Positions 1-9,200 of a DNA stretch of 64,000 nt are shown here, piece after piece. The notes beneath the pieces were generated by a model, which was not told the origin of the DNA, searched no databases, and was given only the letters and a program-made list of their open reading frames with translations. The DNA comes from Candidatus Zapsychrus exili (GTDB lineage: Bacteria > Omnitrophota > Gorgyraeia > Zapsychrales > Zapsychraceae): assembly GCA_030765585.1 (NCBI GenBank), contig JAVCCJ010000121.1, forward strand, positions 7,233 to 71,232, given 5' to 3'. A program made the translations under genes and the position numbers. Each line of letters opens with the position of its first letter. Position 1 is the stretch's first letter.

Positions 1-573
1 GCATCTGCGATAACAATTGCTTCAAAAGCTATAGATGCTGAGCCAGATGATGTTTCAATTTCTTTGCTTCCAGTTTTTTTGTCAGCTTTGATAGGACTTT
101 TTATTGTATTGCCTTTTATAAGGTTTGTTTTTAGTTTTGAAGATATGGGCTATGGAGTTTTAGCAGGAACAGTGTTGCAATTCACAGGATTTGTTAAAGC
201 GTCAGTTGCAGGGCTTCCCGCAGAAGTTAAAACGATAGCGCTTTCAATTAAGGCAATAAGATATGTTGGCTTATTGCTTGTGATACCTTTGTTTGCTAGT
301 TTTGTAAAAGGCAAAATGTATTTTCCATGGTATTTGTGGTGTTTTTTAGGTGCTGGAGTTTTATGTAGTTTTGCGCCAGATACTGCTGCTGTATTGCGAC
401 CAACATTTAAATTAATATTAAATATATTGTGGAGCATTGCTATGGCCGCAATTGGTCTAAATGCTAATTTAAAAGATTTGTTTACGAAGAGAGGTTTAAG
501 GGCATTTTTTGCAAGCTTTATTTCATTTATGCTCGCAGTTTCTGTTTTTATTATAGGTACAATTTATATATAA
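1..573 (+). CDS. YeiH/UPF0324-family membrane protein (putative sulfate exporter family), 5'-truncated by window edge
   Basis: Frame open from base 1 (ASAITIASKAIDAEPDDVSISLL...), matching the GxSAI..A region of the family. Also multiple TM helices, K-x-x-R (IKAIRY), PWYLWCF and AMAAIGL. Confidence 0.7.
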   Translation, partial: ASAITIASKAIDAEPDDVSISLLPVFLSALIGLFIVLPFIRFVFSFEDMGYGVLAGTVLQFTGFVKASVAGLPAEVKTIALSIKAIRYVGLLLVIPLFASFVKGKMYFPWYLWCFLGAGVLCSFAPDTAAVLRPTFKLILNILWSIAMAAIGLNANLKDLFTKRGLRAFFASFISFMLAVSVFIIGTIYI

Positions 574-605
574 ATTAATTTTTTTGGTTTTAAGAAATAT
601 TTATT

Positions 606-2321
606 ATGAGAATACTTTCAAGATTAACAATTTCATTTTTAGTAGTAGCTTTGTTTGTTTTAATGGTTGGCTATTATTCAGCAAGCAAAAGTTATGTGAT
701 TTTAAAAGAGAGCATAGAAAAGCAAGCTATTGTTTTAACACAAGAAATTGCTAATAAAATAGACAGGAATCTTTTTAATAAAATAGAGAAGGTGTATATA
801 TTTCTTGATGATCCATTGTTAAAAGATAAGCTTGTTGAGTCTAATAGAGAGTTTGCCGCAAGAGAGAATGTTCAAGAGTATATTTTAGAGAACGATAAAA
901 CTTGGGTAGGGGCAGCACAGGGAACAAGAACATCTTTTATGGAAGATATTATTAATAATCAAATGTCAGGAAGAATAAAATTAAGATTTGATCAACATAA
1001 TGTTAAACAAGAGCATAAAGAGTTTGGGGAAGTATTTATAACGAATAGATACGGTGTAAATATTGCGCAAACATCAAAAACATCTGATTATTATCAGGCA
1101 GATGAAGAGTGGTGGAGGAAAGCTAAAGATGATGGGCTTTATGTTTCTAATGTTGCATATGATGAAAGCTCTCGAATGCTCTCTATTGCTGCTTGTATGA
1201 GAATTGATTCTGATCAAGGTGATTTTTTAGGAGTTATTAAGGGTGTTATAAATTTAGAGGATACTATTGCTATTGTAAAAGAATTAGAGAACAGAAACAT
1301 CGAAGAGGAGGATCTTGTAGATTATAAGCTAGTAACTAGTACGGGGAAGATTATGTATGCGACAGAAGATCTTGAGTTTTTTTCAGTTCTTAGTGAGCAT
1401 TTGATGTCGCACATTATAGCGCAAGGGAGAGTAGGTACTTTTTTAGATCAGGGTGATGTAGATAAAAGAAAACAAGAGATGTTTGTGTTTGCTCAATTAG
1501 AAGGATATAAATATTATGATGGTTTAGGGTGGATTGTAATTATGGAATATGATGCGAAGAAATTGTTTTTTTCTGTAGAAAAATTTAAAAAAGATTTACT
1601 TTTAGTATCATTTTTTGCAGCGCTCTTTGTTATTGCATTGGGTTTAATAGTTGCTAATTCTATAGCAGACCCACTTAACAAACTAACAGATATGGTAAAA
1701 GCAGTAGATAGAGGGGAGATTGGTGTAAAAGTAGATATTAATACAAAAGATGAGATGGCAGATTTAGCAAAGTTATTCAATGAAATGGTTGCTAACTTAT
1801 CAGAAAAAACTGTCTCAAAAGAATATTTAGACAACATAATAAAAAGTATGGTTGACTCTCTTGTTGTAATTAATGTAGAAGGCAAAATTATTGATGCCAA
1901 CAAGTCTTTGGTAAATCTTTTGGGATATGATAAAAAAGATTTAATTGGTTGCGATATAAAGGATTTGTTTTCTTTAGAGGATGCTCAGACGGTAAGCCTT
2001 ACAGGAGGTTGGTTGGGCAGGCTAATAGAAGAAGGTGTTCTTAAAGGATGTGAATTAAACTATAAAACTAAGAATAATAAAGAAATACCTATTGTTTTAA
2101 GTGGTTCTGTTGTGAATAGCAAAGAAGGACAAACTCTTAGCATTGTTTGTGTGGCGCACGATATTACGAATCGTAAAAAGTCTGAGAGCGCCTTGCAAGC
2201 AAAACAAAAAGAGCTACAAGAAAGTAATGCAGATTTGGCTAAAAATGAGAAAGCTTTAAGAAATATGTTTTTTGATCTTCAAAAAGCACATGAGGATTTA
2301 AAGTGGCACACAAGCAATTGA
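606..2321 (+). pseudogene. Membrane sensor (TM-Cache-TM-HAMP-PAS-coiled coil) truncated just before the expected HisKA/HATPase core
   Basis: Cache-like DYYQADEEWWRKA, HAMP (IADPLNKL...DEMADLAKLFNEM), PAS (SMVDSLVVINVEGKIIDAN...HDITNRK) and a coiled coil ending KAHEDLK. Stop follows 5 codons later, with no H-box. Confidence 0.7.
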
Positions 2322-2610
2322 GAAAATTATGATGGATCCGCCAGATGTTGCTTTAGTTAATTTAAGTCTTGTTGATTTGCTTGGGGATTTGGTCGTGCAG
2401 CGTTTAGCAAGAATGTCTAAAACGTCAGATGTTAAATATATATTGTATGCGCAAACAGGAGAACATCAGCAGTCTATTATTGATCATTTTGCTGAGAAAA
2501 CAGGTGTAGTCAAATGTATGGAGTATGCGCATCCAGATGAGCTATTGGCAGCGACTGATAATCTTTTTAATAAGAAGTTAATTTCTTGCGTAATAAGCAA
2601 TAATATATAA
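2302..2610 (+). pseudogene. N-terminally truncated (pseudo)receiver domain fragment
   Basis: Frame of ORF 2329 extends back to a TAA at 2299-2301 and reads SGTQAIEKIMMDPPDVALVNL, i.e. receiver alpha2-beta3. The phospho-Asp position is Asn and beta1/alpha1 are missing. Confidence 0.6.
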
Positions 2611-2638
2611 AGGGCCACTTTTATAAGTGGTCTTTTTT
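2611..2638 (+). terminator. Intrinsic terminator
   Basis: GGCCACTT-TTAT-AAGTGGTC stem-loop followed by TTTTTT directly after the stop at 2610. Confidence 0.7.
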
Positions 2639-2728
2639 ATTGATGATGCGAAATTTTCGGAGTATAATCAAAAAGCTACTGACAAACAATGCATAACAGT
2701 TTTTAATTGAGTGTTACAGGAGAGTTAT

Positions 2729-4114
2729 ATGACAAGTAAAAAGAATAGAAAGACCCCTAGAAGAAAAGTGCGGATTCCTGTTTTTGCTTGGGATGCAAGT
2801 GATGAGAAAAAAGAAGGAGAAGGAAAGACTCTTGTTACAAGAGACTTGAGTGCAAATGGTATAGGGTTTTATTCTAATGATATATCTACAGTTGGTACTG
2901 TTTTAAATGTTGATATGTATTTTCCTAAAAAAGAAACACCTGTATCTTGTCAAATTAAAATCACTTTTGTTAAAGCTTTAACACAATCTTCGAAATATAT
3001 TTTAGGTGCTTTTTTTGTTGATTTAAGCGCAGAAGATAAGGAGTTTATTGTAATGTCTTTAAAGGGTATGGATCTTTATTTGCTTTTAGAGAGCATGTTA
3101 AAAGGCGGTGCTTCAGATTTGCATTTAACTGTTGGTAGACCTCCTATGGTGCGACGAGATGGAAAAATTTTGGAAATGGCAGCAGAGCCTTTAGAAGAAG
3201 GACAAATAGAGGCAATGCTATATCCTCTATTGACTGATGAACAAATTAGCCTTTTTGAACAGGTACGTGAAATGGATTTTGCTTTTTCTCCTGATGTAAG
3301 CTCTAGATTTAGAGTTAACATGCATTGGCAAAAAGGATTTGTTGAGGCAGCAATAAGAAATATTCCAACAAAAATAGCTTCCTTTCAAGAGCTTGGGCTT
3401 CCCGAGAAACAGTTAGAAGATTTTTGTAGTGAACAGGCAGGACTTCTCTTGATTGCTGGAACAACAGGATCTGGAAAAACAACGACATTATCTTCTATAG
3501 TGAATTTTATTAACAATAATTACAAAAAAGTTATTATTACTGTGGAAGACCCTATTGAATATACCTTTAAAAGTAATAACAGTATTATAAAACAAAGAGA
3601 GCTGGGGAGCGATACTCGCTCATATGCTGAGGCCTTAAAAAGAGGTCTAAGGCAAGACCCTGATATTCTTTGTGTTGGAGAAATCTTAGACGGAGAGTGT
3701 TTGTCGGCAGCATTGCGAGCAGCCGAAACAGGACATTTGGTTATATCAACTGTTCATGCTCCTAATGCAATTTCTGCCATCGAAAGATGCGTAAACTTTT
3801 TTCCACCAGAACATTCAGCGTCTATTTGTCAGCAAATATCTTCTTGTCTTTCTTCTATATTGTTTCAGGTGCTTATTCCTAGAAAAGACCAAAAAGGGAG
3901 GTTGCTTGCTACAGAATTGTTGTTAAACAATCATGCTGTAAAAAATTTAATAAGAGAAGGCAGATTTAGTATGATGCCTAATGTAATGCAAACTGGTCGT
4001 AATGTTGGAATGTATACTATTGAAAATAGTTTAGAGGAGTTTTATAAAAAAGGTCTTATAGAAGAAAGCGTTATGTTAGATTATATAAATCAAGATTATA
4101 CTCAAAAGTTATAA
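2729..4114 (+). CDS. pilT: PilZ domain fused to PilT/PilU-family type IV pilus retraction ATPase
   Basis: N-terminal RxxxR (RKTPR) and DxSxxG (DLSANG), then GASDLHL, Walker A GTTGSGKTT, RQDPD, AAETGHLV and the AIRNLIRE-like AVKNLIRE. ATG at 2729 follows a GGAG RBS. Confidence 0.85.
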   Translation: MTSKKNRKTPRRKVRIPVFAWDASDEKKEGEGKTLVTRDLSANGIGFYSNDISTVGTVLNVDMYFPKKETPVSCQIKITFVKALTQSSKYILGAFFVDLSAEDKEFIVMSLKGMDLYLLLESMLKGGASDLHLTVGRPPMVRRDGKILEMAAEPLEEGQIEAMLYPLLTDEQISLFEQVREMDFAFSPDVSSRFRVNMHWQKGFVEAAIRNIPTKIASFQELGLPEKQLEDFCSEQAGLLLIAGTTGSGKTTTLSSIVNFINNNYKKVIITVEDPIEYTFKSNNSIIKQRELGSDTRSYAEALKRGLRQDPDILCVGEILDGECLSAALRAAETGHLVISTVHAPNAISAIERCVNFFPPEHSASICQQISSCLSSILFQVLIPRKDQKGRLLATELLLNNHAVKNLIREGRFSMMPNVMQTGRNVGMYTIENSLEEFYKKGLIEESVMLDYINQDYTQKL

Positions 4115-4145
4115 TTTTAATAAAGAATTTGTAATGTGATTATGT

Positions 4146-4172
4146 TGCCTCGCCTAAAATGCGAGGCATTTT
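4146..4172 (+). terminator. Intrinsic terminator
   Basis: TGCCTCGC-CTAAAAT-GCGAGGCA followed by TTTT. Confidence 0.6.
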
Positions 4173-4204
4173 AGTAAAACTATAAAACAAAAGGAAATGG
4201 AATT

Positions 4205-5164
4205 ATGCTGGATGTAATGTTTTATGAGGTTTTTAAAGAAGAGGAAATTGCTATAAAGAAATATTTGCCAAGCAATATTAAAGCCGATTTTACTTTTAAG
4301 ACAATACAGGCAAGTGGCGACGCTGATGTGTGTGCTAAGATAATTTCTATAAGAACGCAATCCATTGTTCCTTTGAATTGGGCAAATAGTTTAAAGGGAA
4401 TATTGTCGAGAAGCCAAGGCTATGATCACTTGCTTGATTATAAAAGCAAGATAGATAGCGATATTGTTTGTGGATATTTAGATAAGTATTGTTCTTTCAG
4501 TGTCGCCGAGCATGCGATAATTTTAATGATGATGTTGTTTAAGAACATAAAAAAGCAATTGAGTAATTTTGATACGTTTAAAAGAGATGACATAACAGGG
4601 GTTGAGCTAAGAAATAAAAACGTTCTTGTTGTTGGAGTAGGAAGCATTGGATCTGAAATTGCTTCAATAGCTCAGGCTTTAAAAATGAATGTGCAAGGAG
4701 TTGATATTGATAAAAAATTAGAGTGCATTAAATATGTTGCATTAGAAGATGGCATAGCTGATGCGGATATTGTTTTTTGTGCGCTTCCTTTGACTAAAGA
4801 AACTGATGGAATATTAAATTATCAGAGTTTAAACAAAGCTAAAGAAGGCCTTATCTTTGTTAATATAGCTCGAGGAGAAATATCTCCAATGAAAGATTTA
4901 AAAAAGTTGTTAGATGAAGGTATTCTAGGAGGACTAGGGCTTGATGTTTATGAGCAAGAACAAACATTAGCATCTTTTTTAAGGGACAATGGAGAGCAAA
5001 AAGATATTGTTGATATCGTCTTAGAACTTAAAGGAAAAGACAACTGCCTGTTTACTCCGCACAATGCTTTTAATACACAAGAAGCTTTGGATAAGAAGGC
5101 GAGTTTTAGTGCTCAGGCCATTGTTGAATTTTTAAAAGACGGAAAGTTTCCGCGTCAATTATGA
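4205..5164 (+). CDS. D-isomer-specific 2-hydroxyacid dehydrogenase (D-lactate dehydrogenase-like)
   Basis: SVAEHA, Rossmann GVGSIG, NIARG, LDVYEQE and TPHNAF motifs. Confidence 0.85.
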   Translation: MLDVMFYEVFKEEEIAIKKYLPSNIKADFTFKTIQASGDADVCAKIISIRTQSIVPLNWANSLKGILSRSQGYDHLLDYKSKIDSDIVCGYLDKYCSFSVAEHAIILMMMLFKNIKKQLSNFDTFKRDDITGVELRNKNVLVVGVGSIGSEIASIAQALKMNVQGVDIDKKLECIKYVALEDGIADADIVFCALPLTKETDGILNYQSLNKAKEGLIFVNIARGEISPMKDLKKLLDEGILGGLGLDVYEQEQTLASFLRDNGEQKDIVDIVLELKGKDNCLFTPHNAFNTQEALDKKASFSAQAIVEFLKDGKFPRQL

Positions 5165-5194
5165 TATATACGATAAAATAAATATAACAAGAGA

Positions 5195-5986
5195 GTGAAA
5201 ATGAAAATAGCCACCATTCAATTTAATTCTACTGATAATAAAGTCAGAAATATAAAAGAAGCTGTGCGTCTAGTAGAGAAAGCAGCTAAAGCTGGAGCTC
5301 AATTTATTCTTCTTCCAGAACTTTTTGTCTTTAGAGGAAAATTGACAAGTAAGGTTTTAAATGAAATATCTGAGAATGTCGACGGAGATACTGTAAAAAT
5401 CTTTTCTATTTTAGCTAAGAAATATAAAGTTTTTATTTTATTGGGCTCTATTTATGAGAAATCCAAAAACCTAAAGAAGATATACAATACATCTGTTTTG
5501 ATAAATGATAAGGGTAATACAATTGCACAATATAGAAAGATTAATTTATTTGATGCCATTGTTGATGGCAAAAAAATACAAGAGAGTAAGTTTTTCTTAA
5601 AAGGAAAGAATTTAATAACAGCAAAGGTTGGCGATTTTAAGGTAGGGTTATCGATTTGTTATGATGTTCGTTTTTCTGAATTATATAAGGAATATAAAAA
5701 TAAGAAAGTAGATATTGTATGTGTTCCGGCTGCATTTACTAAAACAACGGGAGAGGCACATTGGGAGATTTTAATACGAGCGCGTGCCATAGAAGGACTT
5801 TGTTATGTTTTGGCTCCAAATCAAGTAGGTAAAGATAATAGGGGTAGATATTCGTATGGACATAGTATGATAGTTGACCCTTGGGGTAAAATTTTAAAAG
5901 AGGCAAAGTCTAATAAAGCCGAAATTCTTTTTGCTGAGCTTGATAAAAATCAAATAAAAAATAATAGAAAAGCTTTAATGTCGTAG
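5195..5986 (+). CDS. Carbon-nitrogen hydrolase, Nit1/deaminated glutathione amidase-like
   Basis: Glu-Lys-Cys triad motifs LPE, YRKINLFD and ICYDVRF, plus PAAFT..TG.AHW, RARAIE and GHSMIVDPWG. Start may be ATG 5201. Confidence 0.85.
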   Translation: MKMKIATIQFNSTDNKVRNIKEAVRLVEKAAKAGAQFILLPELFVFRGKLTSKVLNEISENVDGDTVKIFSILAKKYKVFILLGSIYEKSKNLKKIYNTSVLINDKGNTIAQYRKINLFDAIVDGKKIQESKFFLKGKNLITAKVGDFKVGLSICYDVRFSELYKEYKNKKVDIVCVPAAFTKTTGEAHWEILIRARAIEGLCYVLAPNQVGKDNRGRYSYGHSMIVDPWGKILKEAKSNKAEILFAELDKNQIKNNRKALMS

Positions 5987-6034
5987 TACAATGTTTTTGC
6001 AAATTAACATTGTTTTTAAAAGGAAAGGTTTGTT

Positions 6035-7024
6035 ATGCAGAAAAAAAGCGTTCGAATAGCTGTTACAGGTGCAGCTGGACAAATAGGATATGCATTACTT
6101 TTTAGAATAGCATCAGGTCAGATGTTTGGACAAGATACTGAAATACATCTTAATTTAATAGAATTAGTTCCTGCCTTAGGTGCTTTAAAGGGTGTTGTTA
6201 TGGAGCTTGATGATTGTGCCTTTCCGCTACTAAAGGCAATTACGCAAACAGCTGATCCGAGTATAGGATTTAAAGATGTGGATTGGGCTTTGCTTATAGG
6301 TAGCGTTCCTAGAAAGGAAGGGATGGCAAGGAAAGACCTTATTAATATTAATAGTAATATATTTTCAATTCAAGGAAAAGCAATTGCTGAGCATGCAAAG
6401 AAAACTTGCAAAGTCCTTGTGGTTGGAAACCCTTGTAACACAAATGCTTACATCGCTAAGGAAGTGGCAAAAAACATTCCAAAAGAGAATTTTTTTGCAT
6501 TAACTATGTTAGATCAAAGTAGGGCGAGCGCATTATTAGCAGAGAAAGCTGATGTAAGCGTGTCTGTTGTTCAAAACCTTATTATTTGGGGCAATCATTC
6601 TGCAACGCAATATCCAGATTTTTATAATGCAACAATAAATGGTCAAAAAGTAATTGATGTGATTTTAGATGAAGATTGGCTTCAAACGGAATTTATAGAA
6701 AAAGTACAGAAAAGAGGGTCTGAAATCATTAAAGCTCGTGGTTTTTCTTCGGCAGCATCTGCAGCAAATGCAGTTGTTGATACAGTTAAAAAGCTAACAG
6801 AGCCTACAAAAGAAGATGAGTTTTTCTCTTTAGCTGTTTGTTCTGATGGTAGTTATGGCACAGAAGAGGGGCTTATTTTTAGTTTTCCAGTATATTTTGA
6901 TGGTCAAGATGTAAAAATTGCACAAGGTGTTGAGCTTAATGATTTTTCTTTAGCTAAGATAAAAGCTACTTTAGAAGAACTTCAGTCTGAAAAAGAAACA
7001 GTGAAAGGTCTTCTATCTCCTTGA
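6035..7024 (+). CDS. mdh: Malate dehydrogenase
   Basis: [39 protein letters not shown] and [10 protein letters not shown]. Confidence 0.95.
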   Translation: MQKKSVRIAVTGAAGQIGYALLFRIASGQMFGQDTEIHLNLIELVPALGALKGVVMELDDCAFPLLKAITQTADPSIGFKDVDWALLIGSVPRKEGMARKDLININSNIFSIQGKAIAEHAKKTCKVLVVGNPCNTNAYIAKEVAKNIPKENFFALTMLDQSRASALLAEKADVSVSVVQNLIIWGNHSATQYPDFYNATINGQKVIDVILDEDWLQTEFIEKVQKRGSEIIKARGFSSAASAANAVVDTVKKLTEPTKEDEFFSLAVCSDGSYGTEEGLIFSFPVYFDGQDVKIAQGVELNDFSLAKIKATLEELQSEKETVKGLLSP

Positions 7025-7274
7025 TAGCAAAGACTCTGCGGCAGCGTATGTTTTAAAGTCCCACCTATATATAGTATAATTTATATAAAATTAAAATAAG
7101 TGCAAATATGTTAGACCCTAAGGTCAAAATATGTTAAGATTTTTAAAAAGGCGTGTTTAGGGGTGTCTTTTGAAGATTTGTTGCGCTTGCCCCAAGACCT
7201 TGTTTTTTAAAATCTTATAGTATATACTTGTATAACATATATTTTTTATTATATATAGAGGGGGAGAAAATTTA

Positions 7275-8210
7275 ATGGATAGAGTTAATAAAAACATAGG
7301 GATTTTGTGCCTTTGTTTGCTTGTGATGTTTGTTGTTGGGTGTGATCAAATAAAAGCAATTTCAGAATATTTTAATAAGACAAACAAAGAAGTAGAAGTG
7401 AGCCAGGATGTTGTAATTCCGCAAGAATTAAAAGCTGCCACACCTGCAATTATCGAAGCAAATGTTTTAGCCGCAGTAGGCTCTTGGAGCATAACAGTTG
7501 AAGAATTTAAAGAAAGATTAGCTGCGCTTAAAGCCGCCATGCCAGAATTTAATATTGATAGCGTTGAAGATAAAAAGGCAGTATTAAATGAGATAATTAA
7601 TCAACAGCTATTAGTTCTAGATGCTGAGCAAAAAGATATTGATGAAGAAAAAGATGTTTTAGCTGCAGTAGATGAATTTAAAAAAACAATTTTAGTCAGA
7701 GAACTAATAATGCGTAAAACACAAGAAATAGCAGTTACGGATGAAGAAATAGCCGCATTTTATGACGAGAGGAAAGATGTTTTAATAACGTCGATAGAAT
7801 TGAGAGTTAGAGAAATTGTTGTTGGATCTCAAGAAGCTGCAAATGAAATTTTAGCTGATATTTTAAAGGGAGCTGATTTTGTTAAAGCAGCAACAGAAAA
7901 ATCAATAGCACAAAGCGCGGCTAATGGTGGAGATCTAGGTTTTATTAAGGAAGCTCCTTTTGCTGAGATGGTAAATCCATTACTTGCACTTGAAAAAGGA
8001 GGAGTTAGTAGTGTTTTTAAGGGGCCGGAAGGATTTTATATTGCTAGATTAGAAGATAAAAAAGGTGGAGAACAGATTCCTTTTGAGGAAATTAAAGCAG
8101 ATATATCGCAAAATTTAACAGCTGTAAAACAACAACAAATGATTTTAGATTATATCAATCAGTTGCGAGCTCAGATAGATATAAATATTAACGAAAGTCT
8201 TTTAGAATAA
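7275..8210 (+). CDS. PpiC/parvulin-type peptidyl-prolyl isomerase (PrsA/SurA-like lipoprotein)
   Basis: Lipobox VVGC, a SurA-N-like helical region and rotamase motifs F..AA...S...SAANGGDLG and VSSVFKGPEGFYI. Confidence 0.8.
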   Translation: MDRVNKNIGILCLCLLVMFVVGCDQIKAISEYFNKTNKEVEVSQDVVIPQELKAATPAIIEANVLAAVGSWSITVEEFKERLAALKAAMPEFNIDSVEDKKAVLNEIINQQLLVLDAEQKDIDEEKDVLAAVDEFKKTILVRELIMRKTQEIAVTDEEIAAFYDERKDVLITSIELRVREIVVGSQEAANEILADILKGADFVKAATEKSIAQSAANGGDLGFIKEAPFAEMVNPLLALEKGGVSSVFKGPEGFYIARLEDKKGGEQIPFEEIKADISQNLTAVKQQQMILDYINQLRAQIDININESLLE

Positions 8211-8222
8211 AGAGAGGTAAAA

Positions 8223-9068
8223 ATGAACATAGAAAATAAAAAACAATTTGCAACGATCTTGCTTGCAGTAGGCCTTGGTCTTTTTGCTGCTTTTTTGACC
8301 AGTCAATATGTCAGAAAAAGTGTTGAGAATCAAACAACAATATTAGCTGAAGACTATGCAAAACAAAATGCAATGCAGGCAGAGAAAATGAAGCAAGACA
8401 TTGTTATGTTACGTCAACAGCTTGAGAAAGAAATACAAGGTGTTATGAAAAAACAAGGGACAGCTAAAAAAGTTGATGCGCCAAGAGAAAAAATGGTTCG
8501 CGCAGAAGCTTTTTCTGTTAAGACTCCTATTGGTAAAAGAGCAATTACTATTTTAATTGATCCTCTTTCTGCCGTTGGTGGTTTAGTTAATCCAGGCGAT
8601 TCAGTAGATATTATTGCTCATTTAGAGATTCCAAATGCTTACGATGAAGAAGAAGCTCCAGAGGATGTGACAACAATTTTATTTCAAAATATAGAAGTTT
8701 TAGCTATTAATACTAATTTTGAGCCAATAAATAATGCTCCAAATTATGTAGCACAACAACAAGCTAAGAAATTAAATATCACCTTAGCACTGGAGCCAGA
8801 GGCTGCAGCGCTTCTTACTTTTGCTGAAAAGAATGGCAAGTTACAATTATCTTTAAGGGGACCCAATGAAGATGAAACAGGAGTCTTTAGAGTTGCATCT
8901 TGGGAATCTTTATCTAATTTTGTTTTAGAAAGACAAGGAACAAATTTAATAGTTCCAGGAGCATATAAACAAGAAGTGCCAATTAAGAAAAATATTATTA
9001 TAAATCAAGAAGTAGAAGAAAGCGGACCGTATATTCAAATTTTTAAATCAGGGATAGAATACGAATAG
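8223..9068 (+). CDS. cpaB: Flp pilus assembly protein CpaB/RcpC
   Basis: N-terminal TM, GKRAITI, VGGLVNPGDSVDII, QNIEVLAI, ITLALEPE and GKLQLSLR, in a Tad context. Confidence 0.9.
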   Translation: MNIENKKQFATILLAVGLGLFAAFLTSQYVRKSVENQTTILAEDYAKQNAMQAEKMKQDIVMLRQQLEKEIQGVMKKQGTAKKVDAPREKMVRAEAFSVKTPIGKRAITILIDPLSAVGGLVNPGDSVDIIAHLEIPNAYDEEEAPEDVTTILFQNIEVLAINTNFEPINNAPNYVAQQQAKKLNITLALEPEAAALLTFAEKNGKLQLSLRGPNEDETGVFRVASWESLSNFVLERQGTNLIVPGAYKQEVPIKKNIIINQEVEESGPYIQIFKSGIEYE

Positions 9069-9200
9069 ATAAAAAAATAAAATCTTTTGGGAAACCAATG
9101 GAAGTGTTTGATGCTGTTGTAGACGCATCAGGCATAAAATCGCATTTATAATTTATGTTTTTGTTTGCATAAATTATGTGCTTATTTAAGGAAATGAACT

